From: Octopus vulgaris
Taxonomy: Eukaryota
Length of the DNA stretch: 64,000 bases
Assembly (NCBI GenBank): GCA_951406725.2
Contig: OX597833.1
Coordinates: forward strand, 60,822,001 to 60,886,000
Direction of reading: 5' to 3'
Part shown: positions 1 through 13,937 of the stretch, in pieces
How the letters are laid out: every line of letters starts with the position of its first letter
Numbering within the stretch: position 1 is the first letter of the stretch
The notes under the pieces: model-generated
What the model was told of the DNA's origin: nothing
Database searches by the model: none
The model's input: only the letters and a program-made list of their open reading frames with translations
Position numbers and translations under genes: made by a program

Positions 1-338
1 ATTGCCAGATAAGACCAGAGCCTGGTGCAGCCTTCTGGCTTCCCAGATCCCCGGTCGAACCGTCCAACCCATGCTAGCATGGAGAACGGACGTTAAACGA
101 TGATGATAACTCTAGGCACAAGGCCTGAAATTGCTTCATTCCGTTCCTCAGAACTTTTATTTTCTTCTTTGGTAATAGCAAATCATACTTTTGCTTATTC
201 TTTTACTAGTTTCAGTCATTTGACTGTGGCCATGCTGGAGCACTGCCTCGATGTGTTTCAGTCAAACAAATCAACCTTAGGACTTATTTTTTAAGCCTAG
301 TACTTATTCCATTGGTCTCTTTTGCTGAAATGTTACGT

Positions 339-720
339 TGAGTGGCTGTGTGGTAAGTAGCTTGCTTACCAACCACATGGTTCCGGGTTCAAGTCCCACT
401 GCATGGCACCTTGGGCAAGGGTCTTCTGCCATAGCCCCGGGCCGACCAAAGCCTTGTGAGCGGATTTGGTAGACGGAAACTGAAAGAAGCCCGTCGTATA
501 TATGTATATATATGCGTGTGTGTGTCTGTGTTTGTCCCCCCTAGCATTGCTTGACAACTGATGCTGGTGTGTTTATGTCCCCGTAACTTAGCGGTTCGGA
601 AAAAGAGACCAATAGAATAAGTACTGGGCTTACAAAAGAATAAGTCCTGGGGTCGAGTTGCTCAATTAAAGGCAGTGCTCCAGCATGGCTGCAGTCAAAT
701 GACTGAAACAAGTTAAAGAG
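339..720 (+). mobile_element. tRNA-derived SINE with internal (TA/TG)n, nested in an opposite-strand copy (195-338 plus 721-944)
   Basis: Pol III A/B-box-like head (gtggctgtgtggtaag...ggttcaagtccc) and tail ...gactgaaacaagt. Further copies at ~16895-17330, 21840-22170, 26735-27118, 36192-36565, 37850-38180, 47155-47650, 53340-53795. Confidence 0.85.
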
Positions 721-1465
721 TACAGGGATGTAAATAAACCAACACCAGTTGTCAAGCATTGGTGGTGGGGGGGGGCATACACATATATGACGGGATTTCT
801 TTCAGATTTACCAAATCCACTTACAAGGCTTTGGTTGGCCCGAAGCTATTGTAGAAGACACTTGCCCAAGATGCCATGCAGTGGGACTGAACCCAGAGAC
901 GTGGAGTTGGGAAGCAAGCTTCTTACCACAGAGCCATGCCTGCGCTTTATATTTTAATTTTATAGTGAAATAAAAAAACAAAAAGGCTATACAAGGATAG
1001 GAATAGCCATACATACATACATAGACGAATACAGGCATACCAAATATCTTACAACATGATTTCTTGGTTTATTAATATCATCTCTGCCTCTAAACGATGT
1101 ATCGTAATTACCAAATGGTAATTAAGATCAGCATCACATGAGAAGGGGAAGTAATCTCAAGAACATATTTATGGCCTTTGTAATTTGCATAATTTGGAAC
1201 AACAATGACCAAGGAAAGATAACTCAAAGCAGCCAGTGGCATGTATTTGAACAACATAGACAAATACAGGGCTGGGCTGTCCACACAACCAGTGGGGTAG
1301 AATCATTTGAAAGCTACAATGCAAGGAAACGCATTGTGATCAGCAGTGTATGACAACATCTGATAGTCTGGGCAATACTGTGATACATATATATGTATAT
1401 ACAATCATTGTTTATAAAGGCATTAGTTAAAAGTATTAGAACAATGTAGTAACACGTGGCAGATA

Positions 1466-1738
1466 CTAGCGCCGCCTGACTGGCGTCCGTGTCGGTGACC
1501 CGTAAAAGCACCAACCAATCGTGGCTGTTTGCCAGCCTGTGCTGGCTTCTGTGCCGGTGGCATGTAAAAAAACACCCACTACACTCACGGAGTGGTTGGC
1601 GTTAGGAAGGGCATCCAGCTGTAGAAACTTTGCCAGATCAGATTGGAGCCTGGTGCAGCCTCCATGGTTTACCAGACCCCAGTCGAACCGTTCAACCCAT
1701 ACTAGCATGGAAAATAGACGTTAAATGATGATGATGAT
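1466..1738 (+). mobile_element. SINE with RTE-like 3' tail ending (TGA)n, representative copy
   Basis: ...ttaggaagggcatccagc...cccat(g/a)ctagcatggaaaa..gacgttaaa(tga)n. Copies at 1-110, 2140-2740, 4195-4900, 6709-6857, 8400-8750, 34087-34245, 47674-47935, 49655-49750, 50320-50525, 53445-53545. Confidence 0.85.
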
Positions 1739-2921
1739 TTAAAAGGTTACATCAACGTCACAATTACAGCACCACAATTTCACGAGTAAAGTTATTGGAG
1801 TGTTTTCCCTCATTTGAAGTTTTAGACGTTTATAGTATTAAAAGAACCAAAAAGGGGGTCAATAGCATGAACTTGATAGAACTGCTTTTGGATATATTTG
1901 CTCATGAAAGTTTATAAACAAAAGAACATAAAGATAAGCACTTTCTTCAAACTTTCATTTCATATTTCAAAAAGATATTCCAAACAATGAATATTTCAAA
2001 AGAAAAGCAGATGATGATCAGAAATGAGAAACTCTCCGTACAAGGAATTGGAGTCTTTTAGTTATTATGTATTACAGATTATTCTACATTTGTATTATGT
2101 CCTGTGGTAATCACGACTAGTGAATCAACTGATGTCCTTATCATCATCATCGTTTAACGTCCATTTTCCATGCTAGCATGGGTTGGACGGTTTGACTGGG
2201 GTCTGGGAAGCCAGGAAGCTACATCAGGCTCCAGTCTGATCTGGCAATGTTTCTACAGCTGGATGCCCTTTCTAATGCCAACCTCGCCGTGAGTGTAGTG
2301 GGTGCTTTTTATGTGTCACCGGCACAGGGACCAGGGGAGACTGGCAATGTCCACAATTGGGTGGTGCTTTTTATGTGGCACTGGCTCAGGGGGCCAGAGG
2401 AGACTGGCAATGTCCACGATCGGGTGGTGCTTTTTACGTGCCACCAGCACAGACGCCAGTCAAGGCGGCGCTGGCATCAGCCACATTCAGATGGTGTGTT
2501 TTACGTCATCATCATCATTTAATGTCCGTCTTCCATACTGGGATAGGTTGGACAGTTTGACAGGAGCTGATAAGTCAGAGGACTCCAATCTCCACTGTTT
2601 TGGCACAGTGCTTTTTATATGGTACCAGCACAAATAAGGTCTGATCTGGCATGGTTTTTACAGCTGGATGCCCTTCCGAATGCCAACCACTTTACAGTGT
2701 GGACTGGATATTTTTTTTACGTGGCACTAGCACTGGTGAGGTCACCAGGTAAAACACACGCAAGAAGCTTCATCCGTTTCCATCCACCAATTTCATCACA
2801 AGGTACCAAGGTACTGGTGAACCTGTGGCTACAGTACAGGACATCAGCTGACAGTGTCTACACAGCGGGACACAACACCACCAAGAAATAACAAGTGTAA
2901 TTTGAAAAGTGAATATATTAA

Positions 2922-3141
2922 CCCTTTAGTGTTTAAACCGGCCATATCAGGCCCAAATTGTCTTCCTGTTTTATGCTCAAACCAGTCAGCTCTGACCTCT
3001 CACGCCTACCCTACAAAGTCATTCTAAAAATAAACAGGGTCATTATCAAAATCTCAGAGTTACAAGATGCTGTACTATTAATTTAAAACAATGTAATTAA
3101 ACAGGCTTTACATTTGACAGAGTAATCTGAATGCTAAAGGG
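2922..3141. mobile_element. piggyBac-type MITE
   Basis: TTAA|CCCTTTAG ... CTAAAGGG|TTAA; homologous copy at 60394-60611. Confidence 0.85.
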
Positions 3142-3215
3142 TTAAACACTGTTTTGAAAAATTCTGTTCTGGAGAGATAGTAAGTGTAGCAGAGAAGTGA
3201 AATGATATGATTTAC

Positions 3216-3338
3216 CTTGGCGCCAACGTTTTCGTGATTCGGTGGGTATTTGTATTTATAAAAGCCACAAGGTGCGTTACCTAAGAAAATCCCATTGATC
3301 TCTTCTCCACACAACTCTCTCAGGACCCGCTCTGCAGT
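3216..3338 (-). CDS. MRPL46: MRPL46 coding exon 5 (final exon not found in window)
   Basis: Acceptor ttgtttag, donor AAG|gtaaat; TAERVLRELCGEEINGIFLGNAPCGFYKYKYP...VGAK contains the mL46 hallmark FLGNAPCG. The expected VFFFKA exon was not seen in 1-3215. Confidence 0.95.
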
Positions 3339-4425
3339 CTAAACAACAAAGAAAACCAACAATAATATTTCGTTTCCCTTTTTTGTCATAATTTATTTGC
3401 TACTACTACTACTACTACTACTACTACTAATAATAATAATAATAATAATAATAATCCTTTCTATTATAGGCACAAGGCCTGAAATTTTGGAAGGAGCGGG
3501 GTTAGCCGATTACATCGGCCCCAGTGTTTCACTGGTACTTGATTTATCGACCCTGAAAGGATAAAAGACAAAGTCAACCTTGGCGGAATTTGAACTCAGA
3601 ATGAGAAGACTGATGAAGTCATGCTAAGCATTTTATCAGGAGTGCTAACGACTCTGCCAGCGAGTGGCAGAATTGTTAGCATTTTGGACAAAGTGCTTAG
3701 TAATATTTCACCAATCTTCATGTTCTGAGTTCAAATTCCACTGAGGTTGACTCTGCCTTTCATCCTTCTGGGGGCAACAAAATAAGTACCAGTCATGTAC
3801 TGGGGTCAATGTAATTGACTAGCTTCCTTCCCACAAAACTTTAGGCCTTGTGCCTATAGTAGAAAGGGTCACCATTATTATTACTTCTATTTTTTGTGTG
3901 GCCAATGAAGGGGCCTCTGTCTATGGTGGTTAAATATGTTAGAAATAACTGTCTTTCTTGTTTTAAGATAGTAGGGTGTGAGTTGAGGGAGATTTGGCTG
4001 TTATATCTAGCAAGCAGGTGCACCGACTAAATCAGTCATGAAGTACCTGTGGCCCGTGGAACTTTCTGAATGGCACACACTGAATTCCTTCAGAAGTGTG
4101 GCCCACTTAATGATGAGCCATGTCTCATGCAGCCCACTTCCTGCAAAAGATTGTCCCTTCCTGGGCCAGGAGTTCCTTTATCGGCTCAGTTTACATCATC
4201 CATTTAATGTCCATTGTCCGTTAATGGGGTTAGATGGTTTGAGCAGGGTTGGTAAGCTGAGGGTCTGTACAAGACTCCAGTCTGATTTGGCATGGTTTCT
4301 ACGGCTGGATGCCCTTCCTAATCCCAACCACTACAAGAATGCACAGGGTGTCTTTACGTGCACGGGTGCCAGTCACATGACACCAGCATCTGCCACAACT
4401 ACAATTTCACCTCGTTTGATGGGTC

Positions 4426-4787
4426 GGATCTTTTCACTTTGACAGGCAGATTTTAAACATAATTTCTTTGTAACTAAACACTTTTAAACTTCGTATACTG
4501 GTAGAATGTGTTACATAAAACATCGTTTTCTCTTGGCTTTCTTGAGAAAATTCTGTAGTTTGTAAGCTATTTCTTGTTAAATTTCTTGCATTTCGGCAAT
4601 TTCAACCAATCAATGACGTCTATTGAGGTGAATACAATTTCTGCTGTTCTTTGTCAACAACATTTTCTGGCAGTGTCAAGAGAAAAAGATGTTTTATGTA
4701 ACACATTCTACCAGTATACGAAGTTTAAAAAGTGTTTAGTTACAAAGAAATTATTTTAAAAATCTGCCAGTCAAAGTGAAATGATCC
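4426..4787. mobile_element. Fold-back MITE with GGATC termini and 8-bp TSD (Merlin-like)
   Basis: Imperfect TIRs of about 100 bp; TSD gatgggtc at 4418-4425 and 4788-4795; splits a SINE. Confidence 0.85.
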
Positions 4788-5539
4788 GATGGGTCTTCTC
4801 AAACATGACATATTGCCGAAGGTCTCAGACATCTGTCATTGCCTCCATGAGGCCCAATGCTCAAAGGGTGCTTTTTACATGCCACCAGCATGGTTGCTGG
4901 TTATGCAGCACCAGCATGGCCACATTGCCTCCTGTTTTTATTTTACATTTTGTTTCTTGTTGATGACTAAATTGTCATTTACAAATGAGGATATTATAAG
5001 AAGGCCATGATTAGTGTCTGTTAATGAGACAACATTAAATTAATCATTGTAGTAATTAATACTATTAGCCTGTGATTAATGACTGTTAATTATACAATGT
5101 TAACTTTATTTTTGTTGTAATTAATGTCCAGTAGGCAGACAAATGATATTTGCATTGAATAAAAAATGACTTCCTGGAACTATTTTTGCCTGGAACACCA
5201 ACCCAGACACATCCAGCTTATCTGTCTATCCTTCCTCTTCTTAATCTAGGCTGCCATGCTAACCATTTCTCCACTCCTTCCTCTCTCAGCACCAATACGC
5301 AGAAACCAATTTCCTTCCTTAACTGCATACCAACCATACCAGTAATACTGGGTGGCATGAGAATATCTGGTACACTTTCCCTTTGCTCTCCTCTTTAAAC
5401 CACAAGGAAGGAAAAGCTGTCAGCATCCCATGACTGAACCCCCACCACCACCACTACCAACAGCTACTGCATATCATGGACATTATATAAAATGCTACAT
5501 TTAGTAGTCCTACAAATTAACCCCACGGTCCCTCGTCTT

Positions 5540-5979
5540 GACTTGACTTGACTTGAGACAGCATTCACCCGGGGTGGGCTGAGCTGGCTTCATTCATCCT
5601 CAATACTGCATCTCTCACAAACGACGACCAGGCCTGGCGATTTGAAGCTAACGACCGCGTGATCTCCAACCACTCCTTATTCCAGTGGCGAACACCGTAG
5701 ATATAGGAGCCTAGGTTTCAGATCAGCCTTGACTGTCATCAGCCAGGTTTTTCGTTGTCCACCACATCGCTTTCGCGAACCCTGAAGGGGAGCAGGGGCA
5801 ATTGCTTCGTAGATGAATTCTCCTGGTTGACGACGGAGGGCATGACCCAGCCAACGCAGACGTCTCGTTAGGATGACTTGTCGGAGGGAGGTGATTCTGC
5901 ACTGGTGTCGCACCAAATTGTTGGAGACAAAGTGATGCCATCGGACACGAAGGATGCAGCGTAGATAGAGGTGATCGAA
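5540..5979 (-). mobile_element. 5'-truncated RTE-clade LINE
   Basis: RRLRWLGHALRR...GGQRKTWL...DL RT C-terminus; (CAAGT)n tail; TSD gtccct(c/g)gtctt at 5528-5539 and 5980-5991. Confidence 0.88.
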
Positions 5980-6457
5980 GTCCCTGGTCTTAAATTCACA
6001 TCTAATGTATATCTTAGATCAAATATAAAACACATCTAATATTGGGCTACCTAAGGGTAGACCAAGAATGAAATGGTTAGATAAAATCCTTAATCTCAGA
6101 TGGCCACATTTGGGAATCCTGCTGGAAAGTGTCATGACAGTTGCTTCTGATACAACCCTATAGAGAAGGTACTTAAGGCTTTACTCCAACGCCCCTCCCA
6201 ATAATAGTGGGCATAGAAGATGGATGGATAGATATCTATCTAAGAACGTTCAATCCATTCCATTGATGATTTCCAAAATGACTCACAAAAAAATTGGTTT
6301 CTACTTGAATTTCAAATAAATTTTAAATGTTAAGACAAACAGACATCACTTTAAAATGCTCAAGTTGTTTCTTCATAAAAGACTTCAGTAAATAAAATAT
6401 TTCCACATAATTAGTAACCAAAACAAAAAAATTAATTAATCAACAACAAAAACATAC

Positions 6458-6600
6458 CTCTCTCATTGATTCACCTTGTTGGTGCACACCTTGAGGCAAT
6501 ATCCAAAATTCTTTGGAACCTAACTTCTGTTTTGCAAGCAATATTAACTTAGCATCACATTTTCTTTGTAGAGATCTTGTGTCTCCTTTTTTGTCTGCTT
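6458..6600 (-). CDS. MRPL46: MRPL46 coding exon 4
   Basis: Acceptor ttcttttcag, donor GAG|gtatgt; EADKKGDTRSLQRKCDAKLILLAKQKLGSKEFWILPQGVHQQGESMRE (Nudix-like region of mL46). Confidence 0.94.
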
Positions 6601-7976
6601 CTGAAAAGAAATTATAAAATCCCCAATGTATCTTTCGAAGCTGTGCAATCTTAAACATACAGTAAATAGCATAGAATTCTAAGAAAATGAAATCATTCAA
6701 TATATAAATCATCATCATCATCGTCATCGTTTAACGTCCGCTTTCCATGCTAGCATGGGTTGGACGGTTCGATCAGGGTCTGGGAAGCCAGGAGGCTGCA
6801 CCAGGACTAGTCTGATCTAGCAGTGTTTCTACAGCTGGATGCCCTTCCTAATGCCATAATGTATGTATAAATAAATATATATGTACACATATGTTTATGC
6901 ATATGTATATTATGTATGCATATTAATAACTTAGTAGTTCAGCAATAGAGGCTGACAAAATAAGTACTAGGCCTAAAAAAAATAAATAAGTGCTGGGGAT
7001 GATTGGTTTGACTAAAAACCTTGAAGGACGTGCTCCAGTATGGCTGCAGTCCAATGACTGAAGCAAGTAAGCGATAAAAGTTACTTCAATTGCTCGATAA
7101 AAATAGAATAATTTAACATCAGCGAAAACAGCAGAATTCGTTGTCATTAAGAAAGACGAGAAGTTATTTCTTTATCGAAGACAATATCTTCTGATATTAA
7201 ATGAACAGAATCAAGAGACAAGCAATTTAACTTAATACACAGTTGCGTCCCTTTGCTCTATGAAACGTCGGCAAGTCCGAGCTTTTGATTTCTGTTCAGA
7301 AGCATTTCATTTCACTTGAAAAAAGAATGAACACCACAACATCTTACTGTAATACAACTTAATATTTAAGGTGTCGTACTTATGTAGGAAAATATTTCTG
7401 GTTTGTTTGTTGTTGTTTTGCCCTGATTGAGCAGACCTATACGAAAGGCATCCCAACCATGCCCATCCTGTCTTTTTTTTCGGTTAGAAATCTACGTTGT
7501 GCAATGCGTCACTTCGTTATTTAGAACAGTAGGATGCCTTTTGAGGGAAATTTAGCTGTTATTTCTAGTAAAAGAAGAGACATTATAGTAACTAGTGGAA
7601 TACTGCCTCAATGTTTGGAATCTCTAACTTTATTATCTCCAGCATCAATAAATACCACAGTCGATACAAACATACCGTAGGTGATTGTTCACCAATAGAT
7701 GGCAGCACAGGTTTTGAAAACATACATACCGTTTTGAGCCTACACTGATCCTTCAGCTATGCATCCTGTCGAGTAACATTACTTCCAAGATCCTTTGAAG
7801 GGACCTCATTTCTTCTGTTTATATTTGCTATCATAATCTTTTGGTAATTACCTAACATTCATAACCCTGGGTGAAGATATGCACGAAGACCAAAATCTTC
7901 TGTGTTAAATGAAACTAATTTCAACAAGCAACTTCAGCAAAAACATTTACTAAGAATTAATTTCAAGTTGTCATAC

Positions 7977-8104
7977 CAGTCAGTTGGGATGGGAACTGGA
8001 AACTGTTGAATTCTGCTTCCCATAAGTCTTCAAATTCTGCTGTGGTTTTCCGAGCAGTTTCCTCTTCTTCTTTCACACCTTCTTTCTGTGTCTTCAGAAT
8101 TTTT
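7977..8104 (-). CDS. MRPL46: MRPL46 coding exon 3
   Basis: Acceptor ttttcag, donor G|gtatga; KILKTQKEGVKEEEETARKTTAEFEDLWEAEFNSFQFPSQLT; phase 2 in and phase 1 out fit the neighbours. Confidence 0.92.
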
Positions 8105-9652
8105 CTGAAAATAATAACATCACAAGAGAAATCCACAGTTAGATATATTATGATATTACTTAATAATAATTGTTTCAAATTTTGGCACAAGGCCAGTAAC
8201 GTTTTTTTTGGGGGGTTGAAGGTAGTTGATTACATTGATCCCTCTGAAAGGACGGAAAGCAAAGATGACCATAGCAGAATTTGAACTCAAAACGTAAAGA
8301 GAGAGAAAAAATGCCACAAAGCATTTTGTCTAATGATTTCACCAGTTTGCTGCCTCAACCCTTTTGTTACCATATTTCTGTCCCCAAAAAAAAAAAAAAA
8401 ATCAAATGGAAATTGTAGTTAAGATACCCGTGCCGGTGACATGTAAAAAGCACCGTCTGAATGTGGCAGATGCCAGCGCTGCCTGACTGGCGTCCGTGTC
8501 GGTGACAGGTAAAAGCACCAACCGACCGTGGCTGTTTGCCAGCCTCCTCTGGCCCCTGTGCCGGTGGCACGTAAAAAACACCCACTACACTCACGGAGTG
8601 GTTGATGTTAGGAAGGGCATCCAGCTGTAGAAACACTACCAGATCAGACTGGAGCCTGGTGCAGCCTCTTGGCTTCCCAGACCCCAGTCGAACCGTCCAA
8701 CCCATGCTAGCATGGAAAACGGACGTTAAACAATGATGATAATGATTATGATTCGCTACCTTTGTTTCAATTAATTTTTAAGATAATGAAGAATTTAGTA
8801 AAATAACTTTTACAATATTAAGATGAGATCTGGAACAAATTAGCATAAAATTTTCATGGAAGATTATAATTTAGACCACTTTTAAACAGTAAATTTATGT
8901 CATAGAACCTAGGGCAGGCTCAGGTGGGTTGGTATCAAAAGGGTTAAGGATAATGATAATGATATGTTCTGTCTGTGTACATTGATAAATATGCGCTGTA
9001 TGTGAGTATCTGTAGAGTCGGGAATGGTAATGTACCCTTCTAAACATGTGTAGTGTGTCTATATTTCTACATATGCAAGTCTCTGGGACTACTAACCTGG
9101 GAGGACTCCATCCCCATCAAGCAAGAGCACAAAGCAAGGTGTGTCTATATTTGTAGGGTTAGAAATGGTAAGGCACCCCACCAAATTTAATCCTGTCTCT
9201 TTATATTCTCAGTTCCAATCACACAACATGATTACTATACCACATATTCCAGTATACAAGTCCACACAATATATAGTATAAACATGTAGTGTAAACACTC
9301 AAACAGCACTACTATCTTTCCAAATTTTGCTGCATTCCACATGGAATTGCTGGTCCTCCAAAATTGTCTTGGTGTCAACCTACCTTTTTAATCTGTGAAT
9401 TTTGGCCAGAAAAATTTGATCTGTATGCCAGAAAATATGGCACTAGATTCAATCACTAACACTAATGTTGTAATAGAGCAGTGACTAACCAGAGATTGGT
9501 GACATATTTTAAGATAAATAATAAGAGATTGCATCACCAAACCTGGTGCAGGTGAAGAATATTTAGTCACATGTTATTCATAAGCAAATCTTATCAAATA
9601 AGGTTAGGAAAATTTTTTTAAATCATTGAAAAAACATTAAAAAACAACGTAC

Positions 9653-9878
9653 TCATCTTCCCTAAATCTTAGTTCATGATCAGATAAAGAACTTTTTTCA
9701 ACCTCTTCTGTCTTTAACATTTTGCCATAATTCTGTTCAAATTCTGATGAAGTGGTCGATAGTGTTGGTAGGCGTTCCAAACAAATTGCACTGAACAACA
9801 TCCAAGGCTTAGAAGCACTGTCTGCTATAGAACGTCTCTGTATGTGATAAAGTTGTTGCATAGGACTGGAGACATGGC
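9653..9878 (-). CDS. MRPL46: MRPL46 coding exon 2
   Basis: Acceptor ctcttacag, donor GA|gtacgt. Translates ...SKPWMLFSAICLERLPTL...EVEKSSLSDHELRFRED, matching the mL46 motifs W.L..A.CL.R.P and E.E.S..SDHELR. Confidence 0.93.
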
Positions 9879-10054
9879 CTGTAAGAGAATGCGGTTTAAA
9901 AATTAGAAATTTGAAGACAAACATTAAGAATGAAGGAATAAGAAAATGAGAGAATGAATGAACTGCTAAGATTTTCAATGTAAAGTAATTTATAATCATT
10001 AAGACTTTCTGATTTAGGCACAAGGTCAGCAGTTTTAAAGGGTTTATCAATACC

Positions 10055-10287
10055 TATTTCTTTACTACCCACAAGGGGCTAAACACAGAGAGGACAAACA
10101 AGGACATACAAACGGATTAGGTCGATTATATTGACCCCAGTGCGTAACTGGTACTTATTTAATCGACCCTGAAAGGATGAAAGGCAAAGTCAACCTCGGT
10201 GGAATTTGAACTCAGAATGTAAAGACAGACGAAATACCGCTAAGCAACTCGCCCAGCGTGCTAATGATTCTGCCAGCTTGGCGCCTT
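10055..10287 (-). mobile_element. tRNA-derived SINE with Nin/Deu-like central domain, representative copy
   Basis: gagttcaaattcc..cgaggttgactttgcctttcatcctttc.gggtcga..aaataagtacc. Copies at 3456-3866 (two), 33000-33200, 50640-50810, 51788-52000, 59395-59825, 62185-62400, 62905-63280. Confidence 0.8.
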
Positions 10288-11068
10288 CAGGTTTTATCAA
10301 TACCATTGAGACTAGTACATTATTTCTTTAGTCCTGGAGAAATGAAAGGCAAAACTGACTCCAGTGGGAATTGAACTCAGAATGTAAAGAGTCAGAAGAA
10401 ACATCACAAAGCTTTTTGTCAAATGCTCTAACAATTCTGCCAGTTTGTCACCAGAGTTATTAGAGGATTGGGTAGAATACTTCACAGTTTTTGTTTCAGT
10501 TCTCTGCATTCTAGGTTGAAATTTCACAGAGGTCACCTTTCCCTTACATCATTTTGTAGTCACTAAATAAAATATTGTGGAGGTTCACGGCTTCGGGGTA
10601 AGTGTGTTGGAGTCATGATCATAAGATTGTGGTTTCAATTCCTGGATTGGGTGATGCAGAGTGTTCTTGAGCAAAGCATCTTCATTTCATGTTGCTCCAG
10701 TTCATTCAGCCGAGACCCACTCAGGGAGGAGTATATAAGGAGTATATAAACACCAGGGAAACCAGGTAACTGGCCCTAAGCCCCTTACAGAGTAACGTGG
10801 AATAACCATAACTAAATAAAGCACCAGTCAAATACTGGTGACCGATTCTTCTCTCTCAAAGAATCAGCTGAGTTGCATCATGGGAAGGGTCATGAGAGAC
10901 CACCCACCGTGAGGATGTATGTATAATTTATTCTCTAAATCATTCATTTGCATCATTTTAAAGCCCAAATTTCATGCTCCTATGGGTTGGAACCAGTGAA
11001 GTGTATTCCTATATTTTAAATTCTTATTAATTCTAATATACTATCATTACATTTTCAACTTCATTTCA

Positions 11069-11100
<32 letters not shown>

Positions 11101-11296
11101 TGTGTCCCACCCATGTCAACATGGAAGGTGAACGTTAAACGATGATGATGTATGTATGTATGTATTCAGGGGAATATAATCTTACTTGGAAACAGGTCAG
11201 AGTTGGCAGTAGGAAGGGTGTCTGGCTGCAGAAAATTTGCCTCAGCAAATTCCGTCTGACACATGCAAGCATGAAAAAGTGGACGTTCAATGATGT

Positions 11297-11345
<49 letters not shown>

Positions 11346-12476
11346 AAATAAGAAAACGGAGAAACACATCTTAATCAATGATCAACTACCAAATAATACC
11401 CAATCACATAATTTATTAAACCACTACATATGAACATTTATGTATTAACTTTGTTGGGTGCTTTACTTGCAGTATATTGGATATATGTTATCCCATGGAG
11501 AGTTGCACTTGCAACCCCTATCTCAATTTATATATATATATATATGCACATCACAAGTGTCCAAGTCGTCAGTATATCACTTCATTTCACACGAATTGAC
11601 TCTTTTAGCCTCAATTCACACAGCAATGAGTTCGTATCTAGATATATCGTTTATCTACCTGAAGGCCTTACTTTGAATAAGTTCCAGTATTTGATAAAAT
11701 AGGGACCAGACAAATAGTGAGCAGAAGTATTATGATCAACCGTAGGAGCAGAGGACGATACGTGATGTTTCTAATGAGCCAAGTCATATGTACCGACATT
11801 AAAGTCAAACATGAATTATTTGTGAAACAATTCCTTGCTTCAGTTTAAGTCCAGATATTTAAAAGAATGGAACGGCATCGTATGGTGTCTATGTCGCTCT
11901 CAAGGACATCGGCAGGTCAATGGAAGTGAACGGGGTTCAACAGGGAATCGAAACAGTTTCACAATCCTGTTTGAGAAATATTTTCCTGCAGTAATTCTAT
12001 AAACGGAGGAATCCTCAAAACGGAGCCACTCGATCTGCTAGAAATAGTTGCCGGGTCTCCCTCAAATCACAGAATACAAACTGGATATTATAATCCTATG
12101 TACACTACATCCGAATAGAAGGCTTAATGGTCATGGCTGGAACGTTTATGAGTCCAGCTTTGCTAGATTAGGGCCGACCGGGGTTAAGGGGTTAAATATT
12201 ACCAATCACTACAAGGAGTCCGACTAGTCACAAAGAACAGCTAACTCTCTTTCATTGACACGCCAACGTCTTAAAAGAAGGGAAAGATACATTGGATAAT
12301 GTAGTCCTAGGTACACTATGTCTGAACAGAAGACAGGATGCTCATAGTTGAAACGTCTTCCTATCGCAGGTCTAAGGGATCAGGGCTAACTTGTGGCTAA
12401 ACAACAATCAGAAGCATGCGATCCTCTCCGATCGTCATCCCAAGAATTCTAAATGAATATTTATTTATTAACTTAC

Positions 12477-12540
12477 CACATTTTATCAAGTTCCCTTTAA
12501 CTGGGTTGGTAATGGCTCTGAGAAGATATCTGGCCGACAT
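12477..12540 (-). CDS. MRPL46: MRPL46 coding exon 1 (mitochondrial targeting-like N-terminus MSARYLLRAITNPVKGNLIKC)
   Basis: ATG at 12540; Arg/Lys-rich, acid-free peptide; canonical donor G|gtaagt at 12476; phase 1 joins in frame to the next exon. Confidence 0.75.
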
Positions 12541-12892
12541 CACAACATATAAAAGGGTAAACAGTGTTAAAGAAGAAAGACAAAGCAATACATGTGGATG
12601 AAGAAGTGTCTTTGAGTGATGAAACAGATCAACCGGTGTCTAGTGAATATATGCTGTCTTTTATGAAAGGGCCGGGTATAGTCGTTAAGAAAGGAGTCGA
12701 CCAGGATCCATAGGAATTGTGACTTTGGAAAGTCATAAATGTCACAACAATAAGCGTCAGTGTGACTATCTGGTTAAAACTCGTTGCATCGTAACCATGT
12801 GTTTCCTGGTTCGATATCATTACGCGGCAACATGGGGTAGTGTTGCCTGCGAGAGAAAATTGGCGCATGAAATGGTACAGAAGCTCATCGTA

Positions 12893-12953
<61 letters not shown>

Positions 12954-13130
12954 TGCGTGCGTGTGTGTGTCCCCAGGGATACAGGCATCCAGCAACAGGA
13001 CCTCCGTAATGCTATGATGGACTGTGAAGTCTGGCGTAGCATGGTAAATTCCATTGTCTCGACCACGGTCGAACAATGATGATAGTGAAATGTGTACTTA
13101 CATATAAGAGAACAAAGTGTACGTACGCCG

Positions 13131-13144
<14 letters not shown>

Positions 13145-13168
<24 letters not shown>

Positions 13169-13410
13169 CAAAATGGGACAAGAACGCAAAACATCCGGAC
13201 AACTAGATGATACAAAAAGGGACAACAAAACATCCAGATAGACGATACAAAAAAACAAGGACGGGTCATTCGAGGCCTTTTATTCTCAGTCAAGAACCGG
13301 ATCATCCTCGCAATTTCGGCTGATTAATCTTGAGATTGCTCCAATCTGGCCAACCCCAAGGAAAAACTAAGCTAAGAGCATTAGATTCTTTGGAAAAAAG
13401 CATCGAATGT
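13145..13410 (-). mobile_element. Repeat flanked by (TA)n, probable Penelope-like remnant; second copy at 36940-37080
   Basis: Shared gggacaagaacgcaaa...ggtcattcga.gcct...gaaccggatcatc...gcaatttcggctgattaatc. Confidence 0.5.
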
Positions 13411-13414
13411 ATAC

Positions 13415-13459
<45 letters not shown>

Positions 13460-13937
13460 TGGCCAAATGTCACCCTTACATGTAGTCTTAATTTTAATCT
13501 TGGTTTTGATGGGAATCTGTATATTATACATAGAGATTTACTGCATTAAAATTCTGGAGTGTCTTTCGTGTTTTTTTGAACACAATTAATCTTTAGGATA
13601 AAGTTTCTTTTTTGCTTTTTATTTACTTTATACATTTTTATTCCTTACTCTCATACGATTGATGTTTCAAATAAGTCCAGCAAGTTGTTCGAAGTTGTCT
13701 CCCTTTATTTAAAGACCAACGTTATAGCTTATTTCTGCAAGATTTAGTGTCGAGATGGTTCGTGGTAAGTCAAGTAAAGAAAAACAGCAACGGAAGCTAA
13801 AAGTGCATCCATTGTACACAGGATAAAACACAAGACAGAAAAGTGAACGGTAAAAGAGTCATAAAAAGAAAGGGAACAGGGACATAAGCATGTCAGGAAT
13901 TGTGTAGGCAAATTGCGAGAAGTTTGGAATTTTTTTA

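Noticed and set aside
1-3215. Terminal MRPL46 exon (VFFFKA...)
   Set aside because: Not found by eye; probably outside the window, though a divergent exon could have been missed.
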